Made by a program: the position numbers and the translations under genes
Origin: Squalus acanthias
Lineage: Eukaryota
Direction: 5' to 3'
Assembly: GCA_030390025.1 (NCBI GenBank)
Contig: CM059431.1
Location: 156,552,001-156,616,000 of the forward strand
DNA length: 64,000 nt
Shown: positions 12,420-25,787 of the stretch, in pieces
Numbering within the stretch: position 1 is the first letter of the stretch
Layout of the letters: every line of letters begins with the position of its first letter
Notes under the pieces: generated by a model
Database searches by the model: none
The model's input: the letters and a program-made list of their open reading frames with translations, nothing else
Told to the model about the DNA's origin: nothing

Positions 12420-15010
12420 GGATTAGGCCATACGTCCACTCGAGCCTACTCCGCCATTCAATAAGATCATGGCTGAGCTTCGACCTCAACTGTACTTTTC
12501 CGCCCGATCTCCATATCACACGATTCCCCTCGAGTCCAAAAATCATCTATCTCAGCCTTGAAGAAAAACAATGATTCAGCCTCCACAGCTCTCCGTGGTA
12601 GAGAATTACGAAGATTCACAACCTTCTCTGTGAAGAAATTCCTCCTCACCTCAGTTTTAAATAGCCGAGTCATTATGCTGTGATTATTAATATAGATTGT
12701 AAATAGCTGAGGCCCAAGCAACCATCCTTGTGGCACCCCACTAGTTAAAACGTGCGAACCATAAAATTGGTACCGTTTTTATCTCTACACTCTTTTTTCT
12801 GTCTGGTAACCAATCCTCTATCCACGCTAATATATTACTCCAACCCTATGGGCCGTTATATTGCGTAGCCATCTGTTATGTGGCACCTTATCAAATGCCT
12901 TTTGGAAATCCAAATATATCACATCTACCGGTTTCCCTTTATCTACACAGTTAGTTGCATTTTCAAAATACACTAATAAACACTATATCCCTTTGCAGAC
13001 TTTGTTTTCTCCTCGCAGCTTACTGTCTCACCGAGCTTTGTATCGTCAGCAAACCTGGATACATTACAGTTGGTCCCTTCATCTAGGTCATTAATATAGA
13101 TTGTAAATAACTTAGGCCCCAACACTGATCCTTGCGACAACCCACTAGTTACAGTCTGCAACCTGAAAATGATACGTTTATCCCTACTCTCTGTTTTCTG
13201 TCCGTTAACCAATCCTCCATAAAAGCTATTGGATTACCCCCAATCACGTGAGCCCTAATCTTGTGCAATAACCTTCTTTGTGGCACCTTATCGAATGCCT
13301 TTTGGAAATCCAAATATACTACATCAACTGGTTGCCCTTTATCTACCCTGCTTGTTACATCCTCAAAAAACTCTAATAAAACTGTCAAACAGCTTTCATA
13401 ATACCATGTTGACTGTGCCTGATGATATTATAATTTTCTAACTGCCCTGTCACAACTTCCTTATGAATGGATTCCAGCATTTTCCCGACGACTGATGTCA
13501 GGCTAACTTGCCTCTGTTCCCTATATTTTCTCTCCCCCCCCCCTTTCCTGAAAAGCAGGGTTACATTTGCTGCCTTCGAATTCGCTGGGAGCGTACCCGA
13601 AAAAAGGGAATTTTGGAAGATCACAAGCAATGCATCCATTATCTCTGCAGCTACATATTTTAGAAACCTAGGATGTAGGAATTCTAAGGATAAGGTGTAA
13701 GCCATTTTGGACAGAAATGAGGAAGAATTTCTTCACCCAGAGAGAGGTGAAACTGTGGAATTCTCTACCACAGAAGGTAGTTGAGGCCAAGTCATTAACT
13801 GTATTCAAGAATGAGTTAGATATATTTCTTAAAGCTAAAGTTATCAAGGCTTTTGGGGAGAAGGCAGGTACAGGGTACTGAGTTTGGATGATCAGCCATG
13901 AGCTCATCGAATGGCGGAGCAGGCTCGAGGGGCAGAATGGCCGACTCCTGCTCCTACCTTCTATATTTCTATGTTTCTATGTTTAGGCCATCAGGTCCAG
14001 GGGATCTGTTGGCTTTTACTCCCATTAGTTTCTCAAGTATTTTTTCTTTACCAATATTAATTACTTTACGAGCCTCCACAGCTCTGTGGGGCAGAGAATT
14101 CCACAGATTTACGACCGTCTGAGAGAAGAAATTGCTCCCCATCTCAGTTCCAAAAGGGCGACCCTTTAAACTAAAACTGTCCGGCGCGTTCTAGATTTCG
14201 CCCCGAGGGGAAACATCCTCTCTGCCTCTACCTTTGTCGAGCCCCCTCCGTATCTTATATTTTTCAATAAGTTCACCTCTCATTCTTCGAAATTGCAATG
14301 AGTATAGGCCCAGCCTGCTCAAGCTTTCCTCATAATTCAACCCCCTCATCTCTGGAATTAACCTACTGAATCGTCTCTGAACTGCCTTCAATGCAAGTAT
14401 ATGCTTCCTTAAATAAGGACACCAACACTGTACGCAGTACTCAAGGTGTGGTCTCACCAATACCTTATCCAGTTGTAGCAGGACTTCCCTACTTTTATAT
14501 TCCGACCCCTTTCAAATAAAGGCCTTTTTGATTACTTGCTGTACCTGCATGCTAACTGTTTGTGTTTTATGCACAAGGACCGCCAGGTCCCTCTGAACTG
14601 TAGAATTTTGTAATCTCTCTCCATTTAAATAATGATTTCCTTTTTTCTTTTTCCTGCCTTAGTGTATAACCTCGCACTTTCCCACATTATACTCCATCTG
14701 CCAAATGTTTGCCCACTCACTTAGCCTGATTATATGCCATTGCAAGTTCTTTGAGTCCTCTGCATAAGTTGCTTTCCCACCCATCTTTGTATCGTCTGCA
14801 AACTTGGTTACATTACACTCGGTCCCTTCATACAAATCATTGATGTAGATTGTAAATAGTTGAGGCCCCAGTACCGTTCCCTGCGGCACTCCAATAGTTA
14901 CCGTTTGCAAACCGGAAAACGACCCATTTATCCCGACGCACTGCTTTCTGTTAGTTAGCAAATTATCTATCCATGCGAATATATAAGCCCCAACCCCGTG
15001 AGCTCTTATC
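12420..15010 (-). mobile_element. Cluster of nested minus-strand CR1 fragments
   Basis: Several minus-strand RT ORF pieces (VYLDFQKAFDKVP, GVPQGTVLGPQLF, VRPHLEYCVQ) and a reversed 3' stem-loop at ~12425-12480. Confidence 0.85.
13680..13983 (+). mobile_element. Short 5'-truncated young CR1 insertion inside a minus-strand CR1
   Basis: Closely matches the 3' end of the 1-3208 element. The host sequence GGATGTAGG|CCATCAGG is split, with TAGG duplicated. Confidence 0.85.
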
Positions 15011-15039
15011 TTTAGCCAAGCAATAGTACATCAAGCTGC

Positions 15040-15240
15040 CATTTACTGCCAGGGCACGAGAGAAACACAATGACTGATATCATGTGAGCGAGTCTTTGGG
15101 ATGTATAAATCTAACGGGTAGAATTTGGACCATTGAATATTTGGGTCCTCATATTTGGAGGATGAGACGGATAATTCGTTAAGGGCAATTTTGTGTGGTT
15201 GTGCGCCCTGCCTGGGAATCGCACTACATGATAACTGAGT
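15040..15240 (+). mobile_element. Possible highly decayed PIF/Harbinger transposase C-terminal relic
   Basis: Translates with stops to ERVFGMYKS..NLDH and contains TTGTGTGGTTGTGCGCCCTGC, recalling the ERxFGxLKxRFRCLD..IVVCCALHN motif. Confidence 0.3.
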
Positions 15241-16606
15241 CGGAGACTGGACTGAATGCACAACATGTATTCATTCCCAGTGAGACTGCACAGCAGGAGC
15301 AGGGCATGGTCGTGCGACCCTGTGACACCTCGACTGGGCGGAGCTCCGGCTGCTTTGCGACATTGTTACTGACTGTTGTATGTTTGGATGGCTGGCTCCT
15401 TTATGATGTTACCTGAAGACAGGTCCCGGCCCCTGGTTACGAAACAGCAGGGCTGTGTTACAGGAGGCGGAGCTGCAGTTTGCAGCAGATATGGAGAGTG
15501 AGTATAGCCCCTTTAAATAGGGGCTGGGAAAGAAAACAACAAATTAAAATTAATGTAAGTAATTCAATCCACTGTCATTAATTGTCAATATATTGAAATT
15601 AAATATATTCAGAGTCGCAAAATTATTCCATTGTTTTCGAGTAACAAATTCTAGAAGTAGAATGAATTATTTTTATGTTAAAATATTCTCGGATGGAGAA
15701 CATTGTCACAGGAAGTTGCAAAGAGTAAAATAGAATCAGCACCACTCTAACTTGTACCAGCGAAAGGTTGCTGGTTTCACACAGGAGATCTTTTGGGACC
15801 AAATCTTCTATTCAACAAGACGGGATAACACAGGAAGCTTCATCAATGATTGGAAAGGTGAAGAGCTTCAATGAGAATCCTACCAGTGCAGCATTTTTTC
15901 GAGGCGAGAGTAAACAAGCAATTGGGAACCGTTTAAATTCTGGCAACATTCCGACATTTGAAGCGGGATTCAGGCTTGCTCCACAGTTCAAGTTGGTCTC
16001 TGACCGTGGAACGACAGTCATCTGTACCTGGCACGGAGCCAGAGGGGCCAGGAGATGGTGAGGTACTGTGGAGCCACCCAGGGCCCATACCCTCCCCTTC
16101 CACTAGCTGACACAGCGCAAGTTCCTCCTTCTCCTCCATCTCACTTACTGCTCCCACTGCATCTGTTACCCTTCCCCAATGCACTCTGCAGCCGCAGACT
16201 CAACACACTAGTTATCCCGTGTGTGAGAAGGAAGCTGTCCACCTGTGGGAAGGAAACATTAAACATTTACAAAGGTGAAGCATTATCTGCCACAACACAG
16301 AAGCTGATATTCAACACACAGCTAACAGTTTGAAACATATGGCTGGCCAGACCAACTCACCTTTCCTTATCCCAATGTCTGATTGGGCAGCAGGCACTGT
16401 ACAGACACTACTGATTACAAGCAGCTGCTCGACCCTTTTCTCATGCTCTGATAAATCCCTGAGTGTGAGTACACCACCGCCTGTCAATGCAGGTTCTCTG
16501 GCGTTGTTAACAATTTTACTCTAAAATGAAAGCAGAAAATGTGAAAAATCATGAAACAGCAGTATTTTCTGCAGAGACCATTCGCCTGCCTTCGAGAGAG
16601 GGACAT

Positions 16607-16879
16607 CAGCGTCGACAGCGGGGGAGGAGGAGCCTTTCTTTCTTTCTCTCTCCCACAGAGCGGTCGGCAGCGGGGAAGGAGGAGCGGACCTGGTTGGAGC
16701 GGCAGAGGCCTGAGGTGAGTCAATAAAGGGAGGCCCGAGGCTCAGGTAGGCCTCAGACCAGCGTCGACAGCGGGGGAGGAGGAGCCTTTCTTTCTTTCTC
16801 TCTCCCACAGAGCGGTCGGCAGCGGGGAAGGAGGAGCGGACCTGGTTGGAGCGGCAGAGGCCTGAGGTGAGTCAATAAA
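16607..16879 (+). repeat. Two identical 121-bp units (152-bp period) in the CR1 5' region
   Basis: 16607-16727 equals 16759-16879 (CAGCGTCGACAGCG...GAGGTGAGTCAATAAA). Confidence 0.9.
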
Positions 16880-16937
16880 CTCACCTACGTGGCCTTTTTC
16901 CCCAGCGGGGAAAGAGCTTCGCGGGCTTTTTCAAAGG

Positions 16938-16976
16938 CAGGGGGCGGGGCCAATTCATTGGTACCCGTATATAGGT
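16938..16976 (+). promoter_or_regulatory. Candidate Pol II core promoter (GC box, CCAAT, TATA-like)
   Basis: GGGGCGGGGC is immediately followed by CAAT (forming CCAAT), then GTATATAG ~15 bp later, ~190 bp upstream of the ORF1 ATG. Confidence 0.5.
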
Positions 16977-17156
16977 GGAGCGGTTGCTAAACCCGAGACA
17001 CTACACTAGTAGTGACTCCCACCTCCTCTAACCTTTAGGGGTAGAGGGAATTTAAAAGGTAGGTTCGATTTTATATTTTGTTTTCAGGGACTTAACTCCT
17101 GGACCTAAGATAAATAAGTTTAAATTTTAGTAATAAAGTAACATAAGGGTTAAGTC

Positions 17157-18102
17157 ATGACAGGAAGTCTCGGACCCGTTTCATGCTTCTCCTGTGCCAT
17201 GTGGGAAACCAGGGACACTTCCAGTGCCCCTGACAACTATGTGTGCGGGAAGTGTGTCCAACTGCAGCTCCTGACAGCCCGCATGGCGGTGCTGGAGCTG
17301 CGGGTGGACTCACTCATGGAGCATGCACGATGCCGAGAACTCGGTGAATCGCTCATTTAGTGAGTTGTCCACACCGCAGGTAAAGGCTAGGACAGACAGT
17401 GAATGGGTGACCAAGAAGCAGGGCAATATCAGGTAGGTAGTGCAGGAGTCCCCCGTGGTCATCTCCCTCCAAAACAGGTATGCCGCTTTGGATACTGTTG
17501 GGGGAGATGGCCTTCCAGGGGTAGGCACTAGCAGCCAGGTTCATGGCACCATGGCTGGCTCTGCTGCACAGCAGGGCGGGAAAAAGAGTGGTAGGGCTAT
17601 AGTGATAGGGGACTCAATTGTAAGGGGAATAGACAGGAGTTTCTGTGGCCGCAACCGAGATTCCAGGATGGTATGTTGCCTCCCTGGTGCAAGGGTCAAG
17701 GATGTCTCAGAGCGGCTGCAGAACATTCTGAAGAGGGAGGGTGAACAGCCAGCTGTCGTGGTGCATGTAGGTACCAACGATATAGGTAAAAAGCGGGAAG
17801 AGGTCCTACAAGCAGAATTTAGGGAGCTAGGAGCTAAATTAAAAAGTAGGACCTCTAAGGTAGTAATCTCTGGATTGCTACCAGGGCCACGTGCTAATCG
17901 GAATAGAGAGAACAGGATAGTGAGATTGAATACGTGGCTTGAGCAGTGGTGCAGGAGGGAGGGATTCAAATTCCTGAGGAATTGGAACCAGTTCTGGGGG
18001 AAGTGGGACCTGTACAAAAGGGACGGTCTGCACTTGGGCAGGCCTGGAACCGATGTCCTCGGGGTAATATTTGCTAAAGCAGTTCGGGAGGATTTATACT
18101 AA
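17157..18102 (+). pseudogene. CR1 ORF1 (CxxC..CxxC zinc finger, leucine zipper, SGNH esterase), disrupted
   Basis: CFSCAMWE..YVCGKC..LELRVDSL; IVIGDSIVRG, VVHVGTNDIG, DGLHL; broken between 17360 and 17440. Confidence 0.9.
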
Positions 18103-18149
18103 TATGGCAGGGGAATGGGAACCTATGTAGCGAAACAGGGGGAAGTAAT

Positions 18150-21067
18150 ATGCAGTCAGAAACAAATGTTAGAAGGGTGAGAAACAATAGGGGAAGACCG
18201 AGTAAACAAAGGCAAGAAACACAAAGGGCCATACTAAATCATAAGTCTAAAAGGACAAAAGATGTTAATAAAACAAGCCTAAAGGCTCTGTGTCTTAATG
18301 CAAGGAGTATCCGTAATAAGGTGGATGAATTGACTGTGCAAATAGATGTTAACGGATACGATGTGATTGGGATTACAGAGACGTGGCTCCAGAACAATCA
18401 AGGCTGGGAACTGAACATCCAGGGGTATTCAACATTCGGAAAGGATAGAATAAAAGGAAAAGGGGGAGGGGTAGCTTTGCTGGTGAAAGAGGAGATTAAT
18501 GCAATAGCTAGGAAGGACATCAGCTTGGAGGATGTGGAATCAATATGGGTTGAGCTGCAGAACACCAAAGGGCAGAAAACGTTAGTGGGAGTTGTGTACA
18601 GACCTCCAAACAGCAGTAGTGAGGTGGGGGAGGGTATGAAACAGGAAATCAGAGGTGCGTGCAAAAAAGGCACGGCAGTTATCATGGGTGACTTTAATAT
18701 GCATATAGATTGGGCTACTCAAACTGGAAGCAATACGGTGGAGGAGGATTTCCTGGAGTGTTTAAGGGATGGTTTCCTAAACCAATATGTTGAGGAACCA
18801 ACTCGAGGGGAGGCCATCCTGGACTGGGTGTTGTGTAATGAGGAAGGACTAATCAGCAATCTAGTGGTACGAGGCCCCTTGGGGAAGAGTGACCATAGTA
18901 TGGTGGAGTTCTACATTAGGATGGAGAAGGAAACAGTTAAGTCAGAGACCATGGTCCAGAACTTAAATAAGGGCAACTTTGAGGGTATGAGGCGTGAATT
19001 GGCGAGGTTAAATTGGCAAGCGATATTTAAGGGGCTATCAGTGGAAGGGCAATGGCAGACATTTAGAGATCGCATGGATGAACTACAACAATTGTACATC
19101 CCGGTCTGGCGTAAAAATAAAAAAGGGAAGGTGGCTCAACCATGGCTAACAAGGGAAATCAGGGATAGTATTAAAACCAAGGAAGTTGCATACAAATTGG
19201 CCAGAAGTAGCAGCAAACCCGGGGACTGGGAGAACTTCAAAACTCAGCAGAGGAGGACGAAGGGTTTGATTAGGGCAGGGAAAATAAAATATGAAAGGAA
19301 GCTTGCAGAGAACATTAAAATGGACTGCAAAAGCTTCTATAAATATGTAAAAAGAAAGAGGTTAGTAAAAACAAACGTAGGTCCCCTGCAGTCGGAAACA
19401 GGGGAAGTCGTAATGGGGAACAAGGAAATGGCGGATCAATTGAACAAGTACTTTGGTTCGGTGTTTACTGTGGAGGACACACACAACCTGCCGGAAATAA
19501 AAGAGGATCTGGGAAGAGGGAGGAGCTGAGGGAAATCCTTATTAGTCGGGAAAAGGTATTGGTGAAATTGATGGGACTGAAGGCTGAAAAATCCCCGGGG
19601 CCTGATGGTCTGCATCCCAGAGTACTTAAGGAGGTGGCCTTGGAAATAGTGGATGCATTGACGATCATTTTCCAACATTCCTTAGACTCTGGATCATTTG
19701 CGATGGAGTGGAGGGTGGCCAATGTAACACCTCTTTTTAAAAAAGGAGGGAGGGAGAAAGCAGGGAATTATAGACCGTTCAGCCTGACATCGGTCGTGGG
19801 TAAAATGATGGAAGCAATTATTAAAGATGTCATAACAGACCATTTGTAAAGTGGCGACATGATAGGTCCAAGTCAGCATGGATTTGTGAAAGGGAAATCA
19901 TGCTTGACAAATCATCTGGAATTTTTGGAGGATGTTTCCAATAGGGTGGACAGGGGGGAACCAGTAGATGTGGTGTATTTGGACTTTCAGAAGGCCTTCG
20001 ACAAGGTCCCACACAAGAGATTGGTGAGCAAAGTTAAAGCACATGGGATTGGGGGTAATGTGTTGACGTGGATTGAGAACTGGTTGGCACACAGGAAACA
20101 AAGAGTAGGAGTAAATGGGTACTTTTCAGAATGGCAGGCAGTGACCAGCGGGGTAACGCAGGGTTCGGTGCTGGGACCCCAGCTGTTTACATTATATATT
20201 AATGATTTGGACGAAGGGATTAAATGTAATATCTCCAAATTTGCGGATGACACTAAATTGGGAGTCAGTGTGAACAATGAGGAGGATGCTAGGAGGCTAC
20301 AGAGTGACTTGGACAGGTTGGGTGAATGGGCAAATGTATGGCAGATGAAGTACAATGTGGATAAATGTGAGGTTATCCACTTTGGTGATAAAAATACAGA
20401 GGCGGAATATTACCTGAATGGTGGCAGATTAGGGAAAGGGGAGGTGCAACGAGACCTGGGCATCATGGTACATCAGTCACTGAAGGTGGGAATGCAAGTG
20501 CAGCAGGCAGTCAAGAAAGCAAACGGAATGATGGCCTTCATAGTAAGGGGATTTGAGTACAGGAGTAGGGAGGTGATGCTGCAGTTCTACAGGGCCTTGG
20601 TGAGGCCACACCTGGAGTATTGTGCGCAGTTTTGGTCTCCTAACTTAAGGAAGGACATTCTTGCTATTGAGGGAGTGCAGCGAAGGTTCACTAGATTGAT
20701 TCCTGGGATGGCCGGACTGACATATCAAGAAAGATTGGGTCAACTGAACTTGTATCCTCTGGAGTTCAGAAGAATGAGGGGGGATCTTATAGAGACATTT
20801 AAAATCCTGACTGGTTTAGACAAATTAGATGCGGGCAGAATGTTCCCAATGGTAGGGAAAACTAGATCCAGGGGTCACAGTCTGAGGATTAAGGGGAAGC
20901 CATTTAGGACTGAGCTGAGGAGGAACATCTTCACCCAGAGAGTGGTGAATCTATGGAATTATCTTCCACAGAAGGTTGTTGAGGCCAGTTCGCTAAATAT
21001 ATCCAAAAGGGAGTTAGATATAACACTCACAACTAAGGGGATCAAGGGGTATGGCGAGAAAGCATGA
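18150..21067 (+). pseudogene. CR1 ORF2 (APE endonuclease + reverse transcriptase) with one frameshift (~19525) and one in-frame stop (19847-19849)
   Basis: ORFs 18150-19529, 19559-19849 and 19859-21067 join into a complete ORF2 including FADDTKL. Confidence 0.92.
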
Positions 21068-24000
21068 ATGGGGTAATGAGGTAGCATGTTTAGCCATGAA
21101 CGCATTGAATGGCGGTGCAGGCTCGAAGGACCGAATGGTCTACTCCTGTACCTATTTTCTATGTTTCTATGTTTCTATGACACAAGCTGCTTTGGAGACA
21201 GGGTTTTTTTTAACTCACTAATTGAAATATTACAACTCAAACCTGTGGAGTCAAGATAAATCTGCAGTCTCGCCAATCCAGTATCCTGGGTAATTCGGAC
21301 AGTAACGTGTCAGAGTACCCTTGACTATGCAGAGGGTCAGTGTAACCTGGGGTACAGAGAAGTTTGGATTGCTGCTGTGCTATTGAATCTGTGGCGGCTT
21401 AGAGTACACTGAGCTATTGGGCATTTAGAGGGTCAGAGATCCTAGGCTATTGAGTCTGTAGAGGGCCAGCGCTATGTAGATTTTTGGAGTACCTTGGGCG
21501 ATTGAATCTGTATAGGGTCAGAGTATGTAGGCTATTGAGTCTGTAGAGGTTCAGACTATCCTGCGCAATTAGATTTGTAGATGGTGAAAGTGCCCGGGAC
21601 TGTTGTGCCTCCAAAGGTTCAGATTACTTTGCACTACTAATAATGTAGAGCGTCAGTGTATTCTGGGCTATTGGTCCAGTAAAGGGACATATTACCCTCG
21701 GCTATTTAGAGAGTCAGAGTACTCTGGGCTATACAGAGGGTCAGAGCAAACTGTGCTATATAGAGGGTTAGAGTATCCTGGGCTACACAGAGTGTCAGGG
21801 CACCCTGGGCGATAAAGTGTGTCAAAGTATGCTGGGCTATACCGAGGGTCAGAGCAAACTGGGATATACAGAGGGTCAGATCACCCTGGGCTACACAGAT
21901 TTCAGAGTAACCTTGGCTACACAGAGTGTCAGTAACCCTGAGCTACACAGAGGGTCAGAGTAACCTGGGCTGTGCAGAGGGTCAGAGTACCCTGGGCAAC
22001 ACAGAGTTTCAGAGTGCCCCGGCCTATACAGAGGAGCAGACTGCCCCGGGCTATACAGAGGGTCACAGCACCCTGTGCAATAAAACGGGAGGGAGTACCC
22101 TGGGCTACAAAGAGTGTCAGAATACCCTGGGTACACAGAGTTTCAGTTTACCATGGGCTATACAGAGTGTCAGTGTACCCTGGTCAATAGAGAGTGGCAG
22201 AGTACCCTGGGCTATACGGAGTGTCAGAGCACCCTGGGCTACAAAGAATGTCAGTGTACATTGGGCTATACAGAGTGTCAGAGAATTTGCGCTACACAGA
22301 GTGTCAGATGAGCTGGGCAACACAATGTGTAAGAGTACCCTGGGCTATACAGTGTGTCAGATACACTGGGCTAAACAGAGGGCCGGAGCACCGATGGCTA
22401 TAGAGAGTGTCAGAGTATTCTGGGTTACACAGAGTGTCAGAGTAACCTGGGCTGTACAGAGTGTCAGATAAACCTGGGCTACACAGAGTGTCAGATTACG
22501 CTTGGCTACACAGAGAGTCAGAGTAACCTGGTACACACAGAGTGTCAGAGTATCCTGGGCTATACTGTGTCAGACTAACCTGGGTAAACATAGTGTCAGA
22601 ATATCCTGGGCTATACAGAGTGTCAGCGTACCCTCGGCTACACAGAGTGTCGGAGTACCCTGGGCTACACAGAGTGTCAGACTAACCTGGGCTACACAGA
22701 GTGTCTAATTAGCCTGGGCTATACATGAGTGTCAGATTACACTGGGCAATAAAGAGTGTCAGAGTACCCTGAGCTACAGACAGTGTCAGATACCTGTACT
22801 ACACAAAGGGTCCGAGTATCCTTGGCTATACTGATGGTCAGATTATCCTGGGCTACACAGAGTGCCAGAGTACCCAGGGCTATACAGAGAGCCAGCGTAG
22901 CTTTGCTACACAGAGTGGCAGAGTTCACTAGGCAACACAGAGGATCAGAATACCCTGGACTTTGGAAAATTTGTCAGAGTAGCATGGGGTATAGAGCTTC
23001 TCGGACTACATGGGACATACAGAGTGCCAGAGTACCCAAGGCAACACAGAGTGTCAGACTACCCTGGGTTAAATAGACTGTCAAAATACCCTGCGCTACA
23101 GAGAGTGTCAGAGCACCCTGGGCTAAACAGAGTGTCAGAATACCCTGGGCAAAACAGATTGTCAGATTACACTTAGCTATAATTATTGTAAGAGTATCCT
23201 GGGCTATACAGAGTGTCAGAGTACCCTGGGATGTCCAAAGGGTCAGAGTACCCTGGGCTATACAAACTGTCAGCGTACTTTGGGCTTTACAGAGTGCCAG
23301 CTAACCTTTGTCTATAAAGACGGTCAGAATAAAATGGGCTATAAGGGATGTACAGAGTATTCTGGGCTTTTCAGAGGGTCAGAGTACCATGAGCTACGAT
23401 GAGAGTCATAATGCCCTGGGCTAAATAGAGTGTCAGCGGAACCTATGCGACACAGAGTGTCAGAGTACCCTGCGCCTAACAGAGTAACAGAGTACCCTGG
23501 GCTACACAGAGTGTCAGAATATCCTGGGCAATACAGAGTGTCAGCGTATCCTGGGCTACCCATAGTGTCTCAGTATGCTGAGCTACACAGAGGGTCAGAC
23601 TACCCTCGGCTACACAGAGTGGCAGATTACCCTGGGCTACACAGTGTGGCAGATTACCCTGAGCTACACAGAGTGGCAGATTAACCTGGGCTACAGAGAG
23701 TGGCAGATTACACTTGGCTATACAGAGTGTCAGACTAACCCTGGGCTACAGAGATTCTTAAATAACCTCGGCTACACAGAGGGTACGAGCATCCTGGGCT
23801 TCAGAGTCTGTCAGAGTAGCCAGAACTATACAGAGTGCCAGAGTAACCTGGGCTACACAGAGTGGCAGAGTTACCTAGGCTGCTCAGTGTGTCAGAATAT
23901 CTTGGGCTATAGAGAGGGTCAGAGTAACCTGGTCTATAGAGAGTGTCGGAGTACCTGGGCAACAGAGAGTGTCAGAATATCCTGGGCTATACAGAGCGCC

Positions 24001-24560
24001 AGAGTACCCTGGGCTACACAGAGTGTCAGAATACCCTGGGCTGTAGAGATGTTCAGAATATCCTGGGCTACACAGAGTGTCAGAGTACCCTGGGTTAAAC
24101 AGAGTGTCAGAATACACTGGGCTTTAGAGTAGGTCAGAGTTTGCTGGGCTACACAGCATGTCAGAATACCTCGGCTACACAGCGTGTCAGAGTACCCTGG
24201 TCTACAAAGAGTGTCAGAATATCCTGGGCTAAACAGATTGTCAGATTACCCTGGGATATACAGAGTGTAAGTGTATCCTGGGCTGTACAGAATGTCAGAT
24301 ACCCTGGGCCACACAGGGTGTCAGATACCCTGGGCTACATAGAGTGTCAGAGTACCTTGGGCTGAAAAGAGGGTCAGAGTATCTTGATGACACAGACTGT
24401 CAGTGTGCCCTGGGCTATACAGAGCGTCAGAGCAACCTGGCCTATACAGAGCGTCAGATTAACCTGGGTTACAAAGAGTGTCAGAGTAACCTTCGCTATA
24501 AAGAGTGTTAGAGTAGACTGAGCTGCACAGAGTACCAGAATCACCCTGGGCTACACAGAG

Positions 24561-25050
24561 CAGCGGGAGCCCAGGAGAGCGCGAGACTTCGGCGTTAGTA
24601 AACAGCAGCGGGACCCCAGGAGAGCGCGAGACTTCGGCTGCTGCGGGAGCTCAGGAGAGGGTGAGATTGGCGGCAGCAAACAGCAGCGGCAGCACAGGAG
24701 AGCACGAGACTTCGGCTGCAGCGGGAGCCCAGGAGAACACGAGACTTTGGCGGCAGTAAACAGCAGCGGGAGCACAGGAGAAACGGCTACAATGAGTGTA
24801 AAGAAGTAAAAATAAATCGAAGTGTGACGTCAACAGAAAGCAGGTATGTGATTGGTTGATGAGTATTTCTCTACTGCTCGCTTTTTCCAAAATTTGGCAT
24901 CTAAATTTAAGTGCCTTAGTGTAGTTTAAAAGATATACGTGTTCAAAAGTGACACCGGTGCAGGGGAAGAAGCTGATTGGTGAGTAGTGTTTGAGTGCTT
25001 TTTTTTTCTTCAATTTTATGTATATTTTTTTTTAATGTACTTCATAGTTA
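24561..25050 (+). mobile_element. Probable CR1-type 5'UTR/promoter fragment with short GC-rich tandem repeats
   Basis: Repeats of CAGCGGGAGCCCAGGAGAGCGCGAGACTTCGGC, a CRE (TGACGTCA, 24825-24832), ATTGG boxes at 24851 and 24976 and GT donor-like sites, followed by T-rich sequence. The layout resembles the CR1 5' region at 16.6-17.1 kb. Confidence 0.5.
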
Positions 25051-25108
25051 CGTTAAATGTGAGAAGTCGCACAACAATAGGTTATAGTCCAACAGCTTTA
25101 TTTGAAAT

Positions 25109-25143
25109 CACAAGGTTTCGGAGCGCTGCTCCTTCATCAGGTG
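25109..25143 (-). ncRNA. Minimal type I hammerhead ribozyme motif (stem III mutated)
   Basis: CAC-CTGATGA-A-GGAGC-agc-GCTCC-GAAA-CC-TT-GTG. Confidence 0.65.
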
Positions 25144-25490
25144 AAGTGAAGAGATGCATATAGGCACAGCATATATAGTCAGAGAACACTGCCAGGTGAC
25201 CATAGTTAATCTTACCAACTGCCCTTTATCACACCTCGGCAGAGAGATAATCACGGCAATCAAAGGTGTGGATGGCGGACAAATAGGTCCGTCAGGAAAA
25301 CATTTCATCAAAGACAATGTGGCAGATGCTGGGATCTGTATGGAAAACAAGAAACGTTTTTTGCTGGAAATCACACCAAGACCGGCCACATCTGTGTAGA
25401 GAGAACAAGCCAACGATGACTCGAGTCTGGATGACTCTATGTCAGGTGGGGTTACATGTAGCGTGGCATGAACCCAAGATCCCGGTTGAG

Positions 25491-25512
25491 GGTTAGGGTT
25501 AGGGTTAGGGTT
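25491..25512 (+). repeat. Short interstitial telomeric tract GG(TTAGGG)3TT
   Basis: Exact TTAGGG at 25493, 25499 and 25505. Confidence 0.9.
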
Positions 25513-25787
25513 CGTCGTTGGCTTGTTCTCTCTACACAGATGTGGCCGGATCTGGTGTGATTTCCAGCAAAAAAAGTTTTTTCTTTTCCATACAGACCCA
25601 AACATCTGCCACATTGTCGTTGATGTAATGTTTTCCTGACTGACCTGTTTGGACACCATCCACAGCTTTGATTGCCGTGATTATCTCTCTGCCGAGGTGT
25701 GATAAATGGCAGTCAGAAAGATTAATTGTAATCATCTGGCTGTGTTCTCTGACTATATATGCTGTGCCTACATGCATCTCTTCTCAT

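Larger units (their letters stand above)
16590..21179 (+). mobile_element. Near full-length CR1 LINE (5'UTR, ORF1, ORF2, 3' tail); 5' boundary approximate
   Basis: GC-rich repeated 5'UTR, zinc-finger/esterase ORF1, APE-RT ORF2, 3' stem-loop and (TTTCTATG)n tail ending 21179. Confidence 0.95.

Noticed and set aside
11820..12420. Host exon or promoter in non-repeat sequence
   Set aside because: The short ORFs have no recognisable domain, and the isolated splice or TF-like motifs are expected by chance.
15690..16520. Continuation of the NLR exon or a Harbinger Myb-like gene
   Set aside because: Only faint motif resemblance in broken frames; not supportable without a search.
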